Numbered from the stretch's first letter, positions 19,172 to 30,523 are shown. The stretch is 64,000 bases of DNA from Cyanophyceae cyanobacterium (GCA_050331735.1 JBHJGN010000066.1:23532-87531), one strand, 5' to 3'. Program-made: numbers and translations. Notes: generated by a model not told the origin, from the letters alone.

Positions 19172-19951
19172 TCAAGGCAACACCAGTTGAGCATCTCGGT
19201 TAAAGAATTTACGGTAAACTCCTGCCGTTACTAACGCCGTTGCCGCTAAATTAGTCAGCGCGATCGCATAGAGAATCAACAGTTGATAGGAGGCGGCATT
19301 GAGAGGCTCGCTCCCCGCCAGAACCTGTCCAGTAAACATTCCCGGTAAGCTGACTAATCCGACCACCAGCATTTGATTGAAAGTGGGAATGAGGCTGACA
19401 CCAATCGCTTCCCGGCGGTAAGAGGCGATCGCCTGCTGGGGTGTTGCTCCTAAACAGAGATGCGTTTCGATTTCCAGGCGATTGTTGTTAATTTGGCTAA
19501 CAAGACGTTCGCCTGCTAGAGAGGCTCCGTTCATAGCGTTGCCGAGGAGCAGGCCCATCAGCGGAATCAAATACTGAGGGTCATACCAAGCCAGGGGCTG
19601 CACGATCAGCGCTACAACATATCCCAACGTTAAGGCGCTACTCACCCCCAGGCTGCCCCACACTAAAGGCAGCAATCCGGGAATTTTCTGGCTGATGCGG
19701 TTACGCGCCACCATTGAGGCGACGGTAAGCATAATGCCCAAAACGATTAAAACAACCCAAAACTGATTCAGCGCAAACACAAACGCTAACCCGTAGCCCA
19801 CTACCAAAAGCTGAAGCAGCGCTCGTCCGGCGGCAAAAACGAGCTGACCCTCCAGCCCCAGTTTCTGCCAAACAGACAGGACGACTGCTGCGCCAACGAG
19901 TCCCAAGGCCAGCGCTAGGTCAGCAAAATCCAGTTCAATGAGTTCGTTCAC
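19172..19951 (-). CDS. UPF0014/FetB (YbbM)-type ABC permease
   Basis: RALLQLLVVG, PQYLIPLMGLLLGNAM, LGAT, VGLVSLPGMFTGQVLAG. Confidence 0.88.
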   Translation of the reverse strand: MNELIELDFADLALALGLVGAAVVLSVWQKLGLEGQLVFAAGRALLQLLVVGYGLAFVFALNQFWVVLIVLGIMLTVASMVARNRISQKIPGLLPLVWGSLGVSSALTLGYVVALIVQPLAWYDPQYLIPLMGLLLGNAMNGASLAGERLVSQINNNRLEIETHLCLGATPQQAIASYRREAIGVSLIPTFNQMLVVGLVSLPGMFTGQVLAGSEPLNAASYQLLILYAIALTNLAATALVTAGVYRKFFNRDAQLVLP

Positions 19952-20028
19952 AGCTTTGGTAAGTTTTGATTGAATGAGGATAGATGAGAGATTAGTTTTT
20001 GTTGATTGTTGATGGTTGATGGGCTAAC

Positions 20029-22899
20029 TCACTCAGCCGCGTCTAAAATTTCGACCGTTCCCCTCTGGCCATCTAAGCGGATCTGCTGACCATCTTGAAG
20101 TACCTGGGTCGCGTCATGAACGTCCATGACGGCGGGAATGCCGTACTCGCGGGCGACAATGGCTCCGTGAGATAGACGACCGCCCACTTCTGATACGAGT
20201 CCGCCAGCGCGGGCTAACAGCGGCGACCAGCCGGAGTCGGTGTAGGGAACCACCAAAATCGTCTGCCGATCGATGTCGGCCATATTTTCGAGAGTGTGAA
20301 CGACTTTGACTCGCCCCTCTACCTGCCCAGGACTGGCGGCAATGCCCTGGAACTGCTGGTGAGAGGAGCGTGTTTGAGAAAACGTACTCACAGAGGGAGT
20401 GCCAAAGGTCACTAGCGGGGGGGTCAATTCCTGGTGCTGTTGAAACTGAATCTGTCTTTGCCGAATGAGCTCTGGGAGTGCCAGATCGTTCTCCTGAGCG
20501 ATCGCCTGACGAATCTCGGCCCATTCTAAAAAGAAGATATCTTCAGCCTGCTCCAGCACACCGGTCTGTTGCCAGTGCTGAGCCAAGGCTAAAAAGCTCC
20601 AGCGCAGATGAGCGAGGAACTGGGAATAGAGTTCTGTGGCTTGACCCTTAAGGGTGAGTCGTTTTTGGACAATTTCTGCCTTCCATCCCTGCGATTTGGG
20701 AGGAGAGGAGGGAGTCGGCGTCGCGAGCAGTTGAGCAAACAGCTCGCGCACAGGACGCGGATCTTCCCGCCAGCGAGGGACGGCAATATCAGTCGCGGCT
20801 TTGCTGAGATAGCCATAGCGGTTCAACCACTGCTGAAACTGCTCTAAAATATTTTCCCCATCCGGGCTTTCGGCGAGGTGAGCAAAGAGGGAGGCAGAAC
20901 TAGCAGAGGCGAGTTGGTCCTTGGGCAGCAGATGACGCGTCTCGACAGCAAGGCGGCTCAGAGAACGCAGCGAAGCAATTTCTGGAGTTTGAGAGCTATC
21001 AAGGTCAGTTTCGGAAACCTTCAGCACCGTCTGCCGCAGCGCCAAACTGAGAGGAGCCAGAATGCTGTAGTAGGTTGCCCGCTTGAGCACGTCAAGAATA
21101 GTTTCGATCCGGCTGAGAAGAGCTTCCGCCGACAGATGAGCCACAGGCTGTTCCTGCAAGTCATCGAGGGTAGCGGCAAAATAGCGATCCTTGTCGCGCT
21201 CAAAGTCCTGTTCAAGCCGCCATTCTCGCTGGAGCAGTCGTAGCAAGCCCGGTAGGTTGTGCAGCGTAGACAGCAGCGGCGGTTTGGTCATCTTCGCGCC
21301 TCGAGTCAGAAACTCCAGGCTTTCTGGGGGGAGCCCCATGCGGCGGAAAATTTTCCCCAGCAGAGTGGCGTTGAAGTACGCTCGAGAAAAGTGGAGGGTG
21401 GCCGTTTGGGAAAAATCAAGCTCTGAAGCTCGTTTGCCGAGCACAATGGTAAAAATTTCCCCCCACACGCCACAGGTCAGCGGTTGATTAATCGACCAGG
21501 TGAGCGGTCGAATGATGCCGGGAATGACTTCTGACGCGATCTTGCGCGTCCAAATTGGCTGGAGCGTCGTAATCGGTCGCGCCTGCAGAACCCAGAGCTG
21601 CTGACCATCGTAGGTCCACTCGATGTCCTGGGGAATGCCGTGATAGCGGTCTTCGATTTCTCTGGCGAGTTGAGCAACTGACTGCAATAATTCGGCAGGC
21701 ATCCTGTCGTCTAGATTAGCTGAGTCCCAACGACTCACAGCAAGTTCTGGCTCCTGGAGCTGGACTCGATACTGATGGGGCGTTGCTTTGCCAGAAACGA
21801 CTTGAGCCGCATCCCCCGGTAGAGCCTCAATGACCACCGCTGAGTCGAGCTGATCGAGGGGGTTACGGCTGAAAGCAACGCCGGAAAAAGCCCCCCGAAT
21901 TTGCTGCTGGACAATCACCGCCATCGCGCTGTCCTCCTGATGTCGCTCCCGACGATACTGCACGGCTGCCGGGTTGTTGTAGGAAGCCAGACAGTCGAAA
22001 ATCGCCGTTTGTAAAGATAGGCGATCGCTGACGTTTAAAACCGTGGTGTATTGTCCCGCCGCCGAGGCGGTTTCTGAGTCTTCTCCCAGAGCGGACGAGC
22101 GCACAACCACCGGAGACTCAACGGTGGGAGCGAAGAACTCGAGCAGCGGCTTTGGGTCATCTCCGGCGGGAAGCACCCAGCCATCGGGAACAGCATAGCC
22201 CCAGCGCTTTAGTTGAGACAGGGTAGCTGCCTTTTGGCCAACTTGATGGGCATCGAGAGGATCATCGAGAGAGCGTAGGGCGCGATCGCCGCGAAAGAAG
22301 CGAAACACTTTTTGAGACTCCGGGTTTGAGTGAGTAGCAGAGAGATTTAGGTCGTCAGGAATTTGGGAGTAGATCCAGGCGAGCAGACCAGCGAGAATCA
22401 TCGCGGCCCCAATTCGTTCGGGTTGAGGATGCCGCAGCGCTAAGATGAGAACAAACAACACAAGCGCCCCGAGACGCCCAGAAGTACGGTGGCGGAAAAT
22501 AGTGAAGCTAATGCCTGCGATCAGAAACACTAAACCGGCTGTGATGGGGTCGTGGACGGCAATGCCCCAAATAACGTTGGTGGTTCCCGCTCCTTTGGCC
22601 CTCCAGTATCGTCCGATGACGAGGGCAATGAGGGCAACCAGTTCCCAAACCGGATCGGTTGGGAAAAAAGCCCGCGCTAGCAGGACGGCCCCAATCCCTT
22701 TGAGCGCTTCAGACAGCACGGCCAAAATCCCGACTAGTTTACCGCCATGATAGAAAGCCGCCGACACAGAAACGTTGCCCGTGCCTGCTGCCTGAAGAGA
22801 CTGTCCGGCGAGCGCCCGCGCGATCCAGTCAATTAGGGGTAACCCCCCAATGAGAGGGCAAAGGATAAAGATGACTAACGAACCCCAAACCTGCGTCAT
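20029..22899 (-). CDS. Fusion of a PlsY-like membrane domain and a PEP synthase/rifampin phosphotransferase-like enzyme
   Basis: N-terminal ~190 aa hydrophobic with GTGN and EALKG; VGQKA, VRSSALGEDS..SAAGQ, DIEW, LQARPIT ATP-grasp motifs; C-terminal GGRLSHGAIVAREYGIP phospho-His domain. Confidence 0.85.
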   Translation of the reverse strand: MTQVWGSLVIFILCPLIGGLPLIDWIARALAGQSLQAAGTGNVSVSAAFYHGGKLVGILAVLSEALKGIGAVLLARAFFPTDPVWELVALIALVIGRYWRAKGAGTTNVIWGIAVHDPITAGLVFLIAGISFTIFRHRTSGRLGALVLFVLILALRHPQPERIGAAMILAGLLAWIYSQIPDDLNLSATHSNPESQKVFRFFRGDRALRSLDDPLDAHQVGQKAATLSQLKRWGYAVPDGWVLPAGDDPKPLLEFFAPTVESPVVVRSSALGEDSETASAAGQYTTVLNVSDRLSLQTAIFDCLASYNNPAAVQYRRERHQEDSAMAVIVQQQIRGAFSGVAFSRNPLDQLDSAVVIEALPGDAAQVVSGKATPHQYRVQLQEPELAVSRWDSANLDDRMPAELLQSVAQLAREIEDRYHGIPQDIEWTYDGQQLWVLQARPITTLQPIWTRKIASEVIPGIIRPLTWSINQPLTCGVWGEIFTIVLGKRASELDFSQTATLHFSRAYFNATLLGKIFRRMGLPPESLEFLTRGAKMTKPPLLSTLHNLPGLLRLLQREWRLEQDFERDKDRYFAATLDDLQEQPVAHLSAEALLSRIETILDVLKRATYYSILAPLSLALRQTVLKVSETDLDSSQTPEIASLRSLSRLAVETRHLLPKDQLASASSASLFAHLAESPDGENILEQFQQWLNRYGYLSKAATDIAVPRWREDPRPVRELFAQLLATPTPSSPPKSQGWKAEIVQKRLTLKGQATELYSQFLAHLRWSFLALAQHWQQTGVLEQAEDIFFLEWAEIRQAIAQENDLALPELIRQRQIQFQQHQELTPPLVTFGTPSVSTFSQTRSSHQQFQGIAASPGQVEGRVKVVHTLENMADIDRQTILVVPYTDSGWSPLLARAGGLVSEVGGRLSHGAIVAREYGIPAVMDVHDATQVLQDGQQIRLDGQRGTVEILDAAE

Positions 22900-22935
22900 G
22901 GGAATTAAGTAAACCGTATCAGTTTCTATTCAATT

Positions 22936-23994
22936 ATGACCGATGAACGACCAGCCTCCCCTTCACTGAGTAACGGGAACCTTGTTCTCACCTTAGGCGA
23001 TCCGGCAGGAATTGGACCAGAGGTAGTCCTGAAAGCATTAGCCCACTGCGCTCTGCCGATCGCGGTGGTCGGCAGCCGAGCGCTGCTTTGGCAGTGCTAC
23101 GAACAGCTCCGCCAGCGCCCTACCTATCGTGAGGGGAGCTTAGCCCACCCAGATGAGCTAACGATCCTCGATGTTCCGGTGGATGCCACTTTAGAGTCAA
23201 TCCAGGGCCGGGGCAGTGCCGTTAGTGGAGCGGCAAGCTTTGCCTCCCTCGACGAGGCGATCGCCCGCACCATCAGGGGAGAATTTGCGGGAATTGTGAC
23301 GGCTCCCATCGCCAAATCCGCCTGGAAAGAAGCCGGACACCACTACCCCGGGCAAACAGAAGTGCTGGCGCACCGCGCCGGAGTGGACAAGTTTGGGATG
23401 CTGTTTGTGGCGCGATCGCCTCATACGGGCTGGACGCTACGCACTCTGTTAGCAACCACTCACATTCCACTCCGTCAGGTTCCCCAAGCCCTCACTCCTG
23501 AACTAATGTCTCTCAAGCTGGAGCTGCTCGTCCACTGTCTGAAAACCGATTTTGGCCTCGAAGCCCCCCGAATTGTCGTGTCTGGCCTCAATCCCCACAG
23601 CGGCGAACAGGGCCAACTCGGCTTGGAAGAACGCGACTGGCTGATTCCCTGGCTGGCTCAGGCGCAGCGTCAGTATCCCCGAATTGAGCTGAGTGGTCCT
23701 GTCCCGCCTGATACTCTGTGGGTCAAACCCGGACAGGCGTGGTACGGTGGTTCTGCTCGGGCAGCCGATGGCTATCTGGCGCTCTATCACGACCAAGGCC
23801 TGATCCCAGTAAAATTAATGGCGTTCGACCGCGCCGTTAACACCACCATTGGTTTGCCCTTTGTCCGAACCTCTCCTGACCACGGAACCGCGTTCGATAT
23901 TGCTGGGAAAGGCATTGCCGATGCCACCTCGATGCTGGAGGCGATTCAGTTAGCGATGGAGTTGGTCAAGCAGAGGATGTCAGCCTATCTATAG
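22936..23994 (+). CDS. pdxA: 4-hydroxythreonine-4-phosphate dehydrogenase
   Basis: [47 protein letters not shown]. Confidence 0.96.
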   Translation: MTDERPASPSLSNGNLVLTLGDPAGIGPEVVLKALAHCALPIAVVGSRALLWQCYEQLRQRPTYREGSLAHPDELTILDVPVDATLESIQGRGSAVSGAASFASLDEAIARTIRGEFAGIVTAPIAKSAWKEAGHHYPGQTEVLAHRAGVDKFGMLFVARSPHTGWTLRTLLATTHIPLRQVPQALTPELMSLKLELLVHCLKTDFGLEAPRIVVSGLNPHSGEQGQLGLEERDWLIPWLAQAQRQYPRIELSGPVPPDTLWVKPGQAWYGGSARAADGYLALYHDQGLIPVKLMAFDRAVNTTIGLPFVRTSPDHGTAFDIAGKGIADATSMLEAIQLAMELVKQRMSAYL

Positions 23995-24281
23995 AAAAGT
24001 AAAAACTGCTCTGAATAAGCTTTCCAAGTTTCCTTCAAAAGAGGAGCAATCAGATTTTCGCAAATTGCGGACTCTGAATTGTTGGCCACGCTATCCCGCA
24101 CGAAGCTCAGTAAATCGTCGCGAAAAAAAGTTAGCTTCCCGGTAGAACATCTGAAAATCTTTGACCACTGCTCTGACGGTTTTACAGGTGCTGAAAGGCA
24201 TGGCCTGCTTGGATGGCTTCAACTAAGTGCTTTAAAATATGAGCGAAAAGGATTCACTTTTGAACTGGCTCCCCAACTAGT

Positions 24282-25451
24282 ATGAAAACCTGGCTGCAAC
24301 CTCCTCGCCTGCGCATTCATGAAGACGATCAGCCCCGTCATGCTACCTGGCTAGAACTATTTTACGATCTGCTGTTTGTGGTAGCAGTATCTCAGCTTGC
24401 CCATAACCTCAGTCAGGATGTTTCTGTTGTCGGGTTTTTCAGCTTTGTCGCTCTATTTCTGCCGGTATGGTGGGCCTGGATCGGCACGACATTTTACGCC
24501 AACCGCTTTGATAGCGACGACAGCGGACGGCGGCTGCTGATGGGGCTACAGATGTTGGCTATAGCAGCCCTTGCTGTTAACATCCATCACGGTTTGGGAG
24601 AAACTTCTTTTGGCTTTGCGCTGTCCTACGCCGCCGCGAGATTTATTTTGGTGTTTGAGTATCTGTGGGCGGGCAAGCATATTCCCACAGCGCGAGGACT
24701 CGCCTACTATTATGCAGGCGGGTTTGCGATCGCCGCTGCTATCTGGCTCGTGTCTGCCTGGGTTCCGATGCCGTTTCGCTTCATTCTGTGGGCGATTGGA
24801 TTAGCAATCGACTTTGCTACCCCGCTGACGGCTCAGAAGTATCAGCGCCAACTGCTTCCTCATCTAGAACACTTGCCGGAACGGTTTGGACTGTTTGTGA
24901 TTATTGTTTTAGGAGAAGCTATTATTGCGGTTGTTAGCGGCATTGCTGAGGTAAACTGGCAGGCGATGTGTGCGCTAGCAGCCATTTTTGGCTTTGTCAT
25001 TGCCTTTAGTTTGTGGTGGCTGTATTTTGAAAACGTCGGCGGAGCCTCCCTGCGTAAGGCGGGAACCGCTGGACGCATCTTTATTTTTCAAGTTTGGCTC
25101 TACGCTCATCTGCCTCTGGTGATGGGCCTTGCTGCCACAGGAGTGGGGGTAGAACACGTGATTATCAGTAGCCAAGAGAATCAAGCTTTGCCCAGTGCTG
25201 AGCGCTGGCTCATGTGCGGTTCTGTTGCGCTATGCTTTTTGTCGTTGGGGCTGCTTCACCGCACCGGAATCATTAAACTTTGTAAAATGCGCACTCGGCA
25301 TCGCTTGGGGGCAGTGGGAGTGCTGTTAGGGCTCGCCATTGCTGGCATCAATTTGCTTCCGCTTACGGTGATTGCGATTGTCGCCATCATTTGCCTCGGC
25401 GAAGTCTTGCTCGATATTTATCAGGGAAGACCCGTTGTCACTGAACAATGA
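24282..25451 (+). CDS. ltrA: Low temperature requirement protein A family membrane protein
   Basis: ATWLELFYDLLFVVAV, WWAW, HLPERFGLFVIIVLGE. Confidence 0.88.
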   Translation: MKTWLQPPRLRIHEDDQPRHATWLELFYDLLFVVAVSQLAHNLSQDVSVVGFFSFVALFLPVWWAWIGTTFYANRFDSDDSGRRLLMGLQMLAIAALAVNIHHGLGETSFGFALSYAAARFILVFEYLWAGKHIPTARGLAYYYAGGFAIAAAIWLVSAWVPMPFRFILWAIGLAIDFATPLTAQKYQRQLLPHLEHLPERFGLFVIIVLGEAIIAVVSGIAEVNWQAMCALAAIFGFVIAFSLWWLYFENVGGASLRKAGTAGRIFIFQVWLYAHLPLVMGLAATGVGVEHVIISSQENQALPSAERWLMCGSVALCFLSLGLLHRTGIIKLCKMRTRHRLGAVGVLLGLAIAGINLLPLTVIAIVAIICLGEVLLDIYQGRPVVTEQ

Positions 25452-25571
25452 GCAGTGACCAATAAGCCATGAAGGCTGTTGGTGGCTGTTATCCTCCAGT
25501 TGCCGAGGGAGAAAGCTAAGATAGAGATCCTGGGATTAAGAACAGCAGAATATTATTTTGTCGCTACCCTT

Positions 25572-26003
25572 ATGCTGAATGCAACGGTCCTCTGGCTCAT
25601 TGCTGGAATGATTCTCTGTTTGATGGAGTTCACCATCCCAACAGCATTTGTGGAGTTTATGTTGGGCATTGCCGCCCTTTTGGTGGCGGCCATCTCGCTC
25701 TTTGTGCCTCAGTTTAGTGTGCAGGTGGTGCTGTGGATTGTTCTGTCAACGGCTCTTATTTTCCTGTCGCGGCGCTTTTTTACGCCTAAACGGAGGGCTG
25801 TGAGGGCGGACGAGGATCGAGAAGGCAAAACGCTCACTGAAATTTATCCAGGAGAAACGGGCAGAATTTTGTATGAGGGCAACTCTTGGCGAGCTAAGTG
25901 TGCTGATGAAGCCATGGCGATCGCCCCGAACCAAAAGGTTTATATTGTCGGGCGGGAGGGCAATACGTTGGTGGTGTTACCCCGCAGCTTACTAGATAGT
26001 TAA
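25572..26003 (+). CDS. NfeD-like protein (short form)
   Basis: Three TM helices then [27 protein letters not shown]-fold; directly upstream of an SPFH gene. Confidence 0.88.
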   Translation: MLNATVLWLIAGMILCLMEFTIPTAFVEFMLGIAALLVAAISLFVPQFSVQVVLWIVLSTALIFLSRRFFTPKRRAVRADEDREGKTLTEIYPGETGRILYEGNSWRAKCADEAMAIAPNQKVYIVGREGNTLVVLPRSLLDS

Positions 26004-26019
26004 TGAGAGGAACCGAGAC

Positions 26020-27024
26020 ATGGAACAGCTATTTGCAATTGTATTTTTAGTGTTGGCCGGTTCAGGATTGGCGGGATCTGTCAAAATTGTCAATGAGAAA
26101 CATGAGTATCTAGTCGAAAGCCTCGGCAGCTACAAAAAGAAACTAGAACCCGGCCTAAACTTTACCATTCCATTCGTCGATCAGGTTGTCTATAAAGACA
26201 CCATCCGCGAGAAGGTGCTTGACATTCCGCCCCAGTCGTGCATTACCCGGGATAACGTGGCCATCAGCGTTGATGCCGTGATCTACTGGCGGATCGTCGA
26301 TATGTATAAAGCCTATTACAAGGTGGAAAATCTCAAAAAAGCAATTGAAAACCTAGTGCTGACCCAGATTCGCTCCGAGATGGGCAAGCTAGAGCTAGAC
26401 GAAACTTTTACTGCCCGTTCAGAAATCAACGAAATCCTGCTGCGGGAACTCGATATCGCCACCGATCCGTGGGGAGTGAAAGTGACTAGAGTGGAACTCC
26501 GGGACATCATGCCCTCCAAAGCTGTACAGGATTCAATGGAGCTACAGATGGCGGCAGAAAGAAGGAAACGAGCAGCCATTTTAACGTCAGAAGGAGATAG
26601 AGATTCCGCCATCAACTCGGCAGAAGGAAAAGCCGAAGCACGGCTGTTAGAAGCCGAAGCCGCCAAAAAATCAGCGATTTTAGAGGCCCAAGCTCAAAAA
26701 GAAGCAATTGTTCTTAGAGCCGAAGCAGAACGCGCCGAGCAAGTTCTCAGAGCCCAGGCGGTTTCCCAAGCTATGGAGCTAGTCACCGAAAAGCTCAACA
26801 CCGACCCGACGACCCGTGAATCTCTGCAATTTCTGCTGACGCAGAATTACCTGGAGATGGGCAAGGCCATTGGCAGCAGCGAGAGCAGCAAAGTGATGTT
26901 CATGGACCCCCAGAGTATCGTTTCCACCATTGAGGGCATGCGAGCGGTGATTGGAGACGGTAAAAGCAAGACTCCTCTGGAGCTAGATTTAGAAAAGATC
27001 GAGCGTTATCCTAAAGAGCAATAG
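26020..27024 (+). CDS. SPFH/stomatin (band 7) family protein
   Basis: [44 protein letters not shown]. Confidence 0.93.
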   Translation: MEQLFAIVFLVLAGSGLAGSVKIVNEKHEYLVESLGSYKKKLEPGLNFTIPFVDQVVYKDTIREKVLDIPPQSCITRDNVAISVDAVIYWRIVDMYKAYYKVENLKKAIENLVLTQIRSEMGKLELDETFTARSEINEILLRELDIATDPWGVKVTRVELRDIMPSKAVQDSMELQMAAERRKRAAILTSEGDRDSAINSAEGKAEARLLEAEAAKKSAILEAQAQKEAIVLRAEAERAEQVLRAQAVSQAMELVTEKLNTDPTTRESLQFLLTQNYLEMGKAIGSSESSKVMFMDPQSIVSTIEGMRAVIGDGKSKTPLELDLEKIERYPKEQ

Positions 27025-27149
27025 CTCTGAGCCGTTAGCTAGTGAGCGAGCAGAAAAGCTCAAAGCGAGTAGCAACCCGCTTCACCTGCCACAGATCGAC
27101 TCTTAAACTCAAGCAACAAGCTATAGACGGTTGGAGTGCAAGCGGATTG

Positions 27150-27638
27150 TTATTCTGCAATCGCTCTAGTTGAAGAAGACTGCCATAGTTCATATTTCAT
27201 AATCAGTTCTCCATCTTCATCCATCTCACCCGTGGATGTGAAGCCCATCTTTTTATAAAACTCTTCGGGACTTCCTTCACCGGGAACACAGCTTGTCGTT
27301 AACATCTTTGCTCCTGGGCGTGTTTTGACGTATTCGAGCACCAACTCTAAAGCGCGTTTGCCAAACCCGCGTCTTTGAAACCGTGCATCAATCATGAATC
27401 GCCAAAGCGCATACAATGACTTAACCGGATCATCATCTAGCAGGACAAAACCAACGGGTGTTTCATCGGCATAAATTGCTCGAAACCAGGTAACATCGGG
27501 ATAAAAATGAGCTTGGGCAATAGACACTGCATTAGAAGCAATAAAGTTTTCTTGCTCACTAGTGACCTTCAAATCAAGGATGTCGTCAAGATTTTCTTGA
27601 GTAACTTCCTGTAATGTAATGACTGCCATCAGTTGCAT
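27150..27638 (-). CDS. GNAT N-acetyltransferase (polyamine acetyltransferase-like)
   Basis: QENFIASNAVSIAQA, RFMIDARFQRRGFG acetyl-CoA motif, FYKKMGF. Confidence 0.85.
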   Translation of the reverse strand: MQLMAVITLQEVTQENLDDILDLKVTSEQENFIASNAVSIAQAHFYPDVTWFRAIYADETPVGFVLLDDDPVKSLYALWRFMIDARFQRRGFGKRALELVLEYVKTRPGAKMLTTSCVPGEGSPEEFYKKMGFTSTGEMDEDGELIMKYELWQSSSTRAIAE

Positions 27639-28065
27639 GGTCGGCTCTCTTTAAGTGGAAGACGAATATTCTACCCTATAGGTGTCCCACCTTGGTTTAG
27701 CTCTTACCAACCAAAAAGGTTATTGGAATGATGTCACAATGTTTTTTGTAACAGCTCATACTAATGAAGCAGTGGTATGACACCCTTCTTCCCAGTTGAG
27801 AGTTTATTTATGTTTAAGGCCGACGGCAATGCGTAATTAGGTTTAAGGGTTCAACACCTGGGGGCACAAATGATCTTGATAACGGCAATTGCAGAGGAAT
27901 TTGCGCTCCTTCCTGTAGATCCAGAGGAGCATTACGCTGTGTCTGGAGTAAGGTAGCGTATCCCGATCCGCTCGAAGCAGTACTAAAGTTTTAGGAACAG
28001 GCGAGAGCAATGAGCAATGAACAATCAACAAAAACCGAAACTGTCAGACCATACATCATGGGTTT

Positions 28066-28482
28066 TTAAGGAAGCCGATAGCTAGCAACGCGAATGGTGA
28101 GATTCCCTTGTCGAGGATCGCGGCTGAATATAAACGCTCCTTCCTCCGATTCATTACGAGAGAGAAAATCGATTTGCTGCTCCCCAGTTTCTATCACTCC
28201 ATTCACCGCTAGTTCGGCAACAATCTGAACCGATTCAGCGGTTTCCCCGCCTGTATTGGTAACGGAAAAAGGCACGTAGTATTGCCCAGAAGCTTGTCTA
28301 ACTTCGCTACTCGAAACCTGCAATATGGGAGGCTGATGGTCTTGGAAAAGCCAAATATAGCTGACCAGTCCTACGATAACGCTCAGAATAACAACAGCAA
28401 CGCCGAAACTCACCCATTCAGCAAAGGAGCGCCGCTTAGCTAGAGAATGATGGGTTTTAGAAGGGTGATCGCCTTTGGTCAT
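28066..28482 (-). CDS. TIGR02588 family protein
   Basis: RSFAEWVSF, one TM helix, NTGGETAESV, IDFL, GAFIFSRDP; ATGA overlap with the upstream gene. Confidence 0.8.
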   Translation of the reverse strand: MTKGDHPSKTHHSLAKRRSFAEWVSFGVAVVILSVIVGLVSYIWLFQDHQPPILQVSSSEVRQASGQYYVPFSVTNTGGETAESVQIVAELAVNGVIETGEQQIDFLSRNESEEGAFIFSRDPRQGNLTIRVASYRLP

Positions 28483-29339
28483 ATCGCTAACCTTCCTGCT
28501 GCCCCACCCACCGTTGCCGGTAGCCCCAACAGCAGCGTCTGGCGCAACCACATTGCCCAGGGGTCGCTCGGACCGAGCCTTTGAAAGAACCACAGCATGG
28601 CAACAGCGGCAGCTAGCGAGACTAAATAGCACATTACGGTTTCGCTGAGCGGATGCTGAAAAATGCCGATTTGCTGGCGGCGTTTGAGCTGATTGGCGAA
28701 GCGCGCTTGAAAGACGATTGCATAGGAGATAAGTAAAGAAGCAGCGACAACCGCAAGCAGCCAGGGACCAGAAACGGCAGCAACCAGCATCGGAATTTCA
28801 TCGGTTGGAGCGATATTAAAAGCAATTAGCAAAGCGCCAATGAGAGTAGCCCCCACATCGGCGAGGGTATCATTAAGGCGAGGGGAACGATTGTGATGAT
28901 TTCTCTTGGGCGGGTTGGAGTTGTTATTGTTATTACTCAGGAACTGATTAGCTAGCGTTGCCCCTAGAGCAAACGGAACGCTTTCAAAAATGAGTTTACC
29001 CAATGCTTCCGATAGCTGAGTCTGGAGCGTGATTTCGCGCAGCAGTACCAGCGCCAAAGCCGCGCAAACGATTCCAATGGCGATCGCCTCTACGCTATCT
29101 TTGGCGGCATCGAGACGACTGACGCGATTAATTTTCCGAAAGCCTTCGGTGCGGTTGAGGAAGAAGAGCACAACCCAGGTAACTGCAATAGTTATCAGCA
29201 TCAGCGGCGGAGACACCGACGAGCTAATCCACCAGACTTCCATCGTGTAAAGCAGGGGAATGCCAAACAAGAAGCCACCACAAGCAGCCCGAATCAAATC
29301 ATCAAGCTCATGCTTCCATGCCGAATCTTGCTTCTTCAT
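28479..29339 (-). CDS. TIGR02587 (DUF2391) family membrane protein
   Basis: GGFLFGIPLLYTMEVWW, NIAPTDEI, GLPATVGGAAGRL. Confidence 0.85.
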   Translation of the reverse strand: MKKQDSAWKHELDDLIRAACGGFLFGIPLLYTMEVWWISSSVSPPLMLITIAVTWVVLFFLNRTEGFRKINRVSRLDAAKDSVEAIAIGIVCAALALVLLREITLQTQLSEALGKLIFESVPFALGATLANQFLSNNNNNSNPPKRNHHNRSPRLNDTLADVGATLIGALLIAFNIAPTDEIPMLVAAVSGPWLLAVVAASLLISYAIVFQARFANQLKRRQQIGIFQHPLSETVMCYLVSLAAAVAMLWFFQRLGPSDPWAMWLRQTLLLGLPATVGGAAGRLAI

Positions 29340-29495
29340 CGCCCCGCCTGGTACTTTAACCTCAATTTAACCAATAGAGCTATTGTCTGATTGGGCGAGG
29401 AACTTGCCTATCTGTCGCCAGAAGTAATTGACTCGTGCTTTGTTTGAGCTGAAGCGCAATCGCCTGAAGTCTTTTTCTATACCCTCAGCAGCATA

Positions 29496-30437
29496 TTACC
29501 AGCTCGCTTGAGCATGAACTCGCAGTTTGAGCTGGTTTAGCGTTCTGCTCTGTTCAATTGTCGGATGCAATCCGAACAGATAGAGCCTATCTAAATAGAC
29601 ATAAATAGCTCTCAGTCGGAGAAAAATCGGGATCAGTTCGGCACAATTAGCAGGCAGCGCTTTAACTTCCGAATAACCTGCCAGGATCTCCGCCTTAATG
29701 ACTTCTCGATGGCGATGCTGGCGAAGGGCTGAAAGAGCAATGGCAATGTCGGCAGCAAACCAGTGATAGCAACAGTTTCCAAAGTCAAAAGCTACAATGC
29801 GATTGGTAATCGGACTGTAGTGAAAATTCTGAGGAGTATAGTCAGCGTGAATCACGCCAAATTCTGAGGACTGTCCTAAGCAATGACAGCTCCTGAGAAC
29901 TTCTTGATATTCCTGCCTTGAAGCAGAATCGTCTTGAGGAAGTAGCTGTTCTGCTTGCCGAAAGAGGATTTCGTCATGCCAAATCCACGGTATAGGAGTT
30001 GTTGCAGATGGAGTATAGGTTTGAGAAGCTGTGTGAATAGCTGCCAAACTTTTGCCCCAGGCTCGAAAGAAACGACGATTCCAATCGGGCGAATCGGTTT
30101 CTACCCGAATTCCCTCAGCATAGGAAAGCACAGAAGCGATGAAAACGCCTGAGTGAGAAACCACTTCTGAAGTTAGTAAGCCCTGGTTGTTAGGAATTCC
30201 GTAGGCAACAGCGACAGACTGCTCTTTGAGGTGACGAAGAAATTCTAGTTCTGCCTTCACCTCCTCGCGACTCCGAAACGTGGCATCGGTAAGACGCAGG
30301 ATTTGCCATCCGTTCTCTGCCTTTTTGAATCGAAACACGGAATTTCCGGAATTGCTGATATGGGCGACCGTTCTCGGTAGTCCATTCCATTCAGTAACAA
30401 TTGCCCGCGCTTCGCTAAGAGCGGCGTACTTAATCAT
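29496..30437 (-). CDS. APH/homoserine kinase type II-like phosphotransferase
   Basis: HADYTPQN (HxDxxxxN) and FDFG motifs; ELEFLRHL; ATG 30437 preferred. Confidence 0.8.
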   Translation of the reverse strand: MIKYAALSEARAIVTEWNGLPRTVAHISNSGNSVFRFKKAENGWQILRLTDATFRSREEVKAELEFLRHLKEQSVAVAYGIPNNQGLLTSEVVSHSGVFIASVLSYAEGIRVETDSPDWNRRFFRAWGKSLAAIHTASQTYTPSATTPIPWIWHDEILFRQAEQLLPQDDSASRQEYQEVLRSCHCLGQSSEFGVIHADYTPQNFHYSPITNRIVAFDFGNCCYHWFAADIAIALSALRQHRHREVIKAEILAGYSEVKALPANCAELIPIFLRLRAIYVYLDRLYLFGLHPTIEQSRTLNQLKLRVHAQASW

Positions 30438-30523
30438 GTCTTGAGGCTTTGCCAAGGCCAGCTCAAAGAGCGAAGCGCTATTCTAGCATTCAGTTGTCTG
30501 CGGCGATCGCCTTCTTTTAACCG

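Noticed and set aside
24079..24285. 68-aa ORF overlapping the ltrA start
   Set aside because: TTG start, no RBS or motif; more likely promoter region
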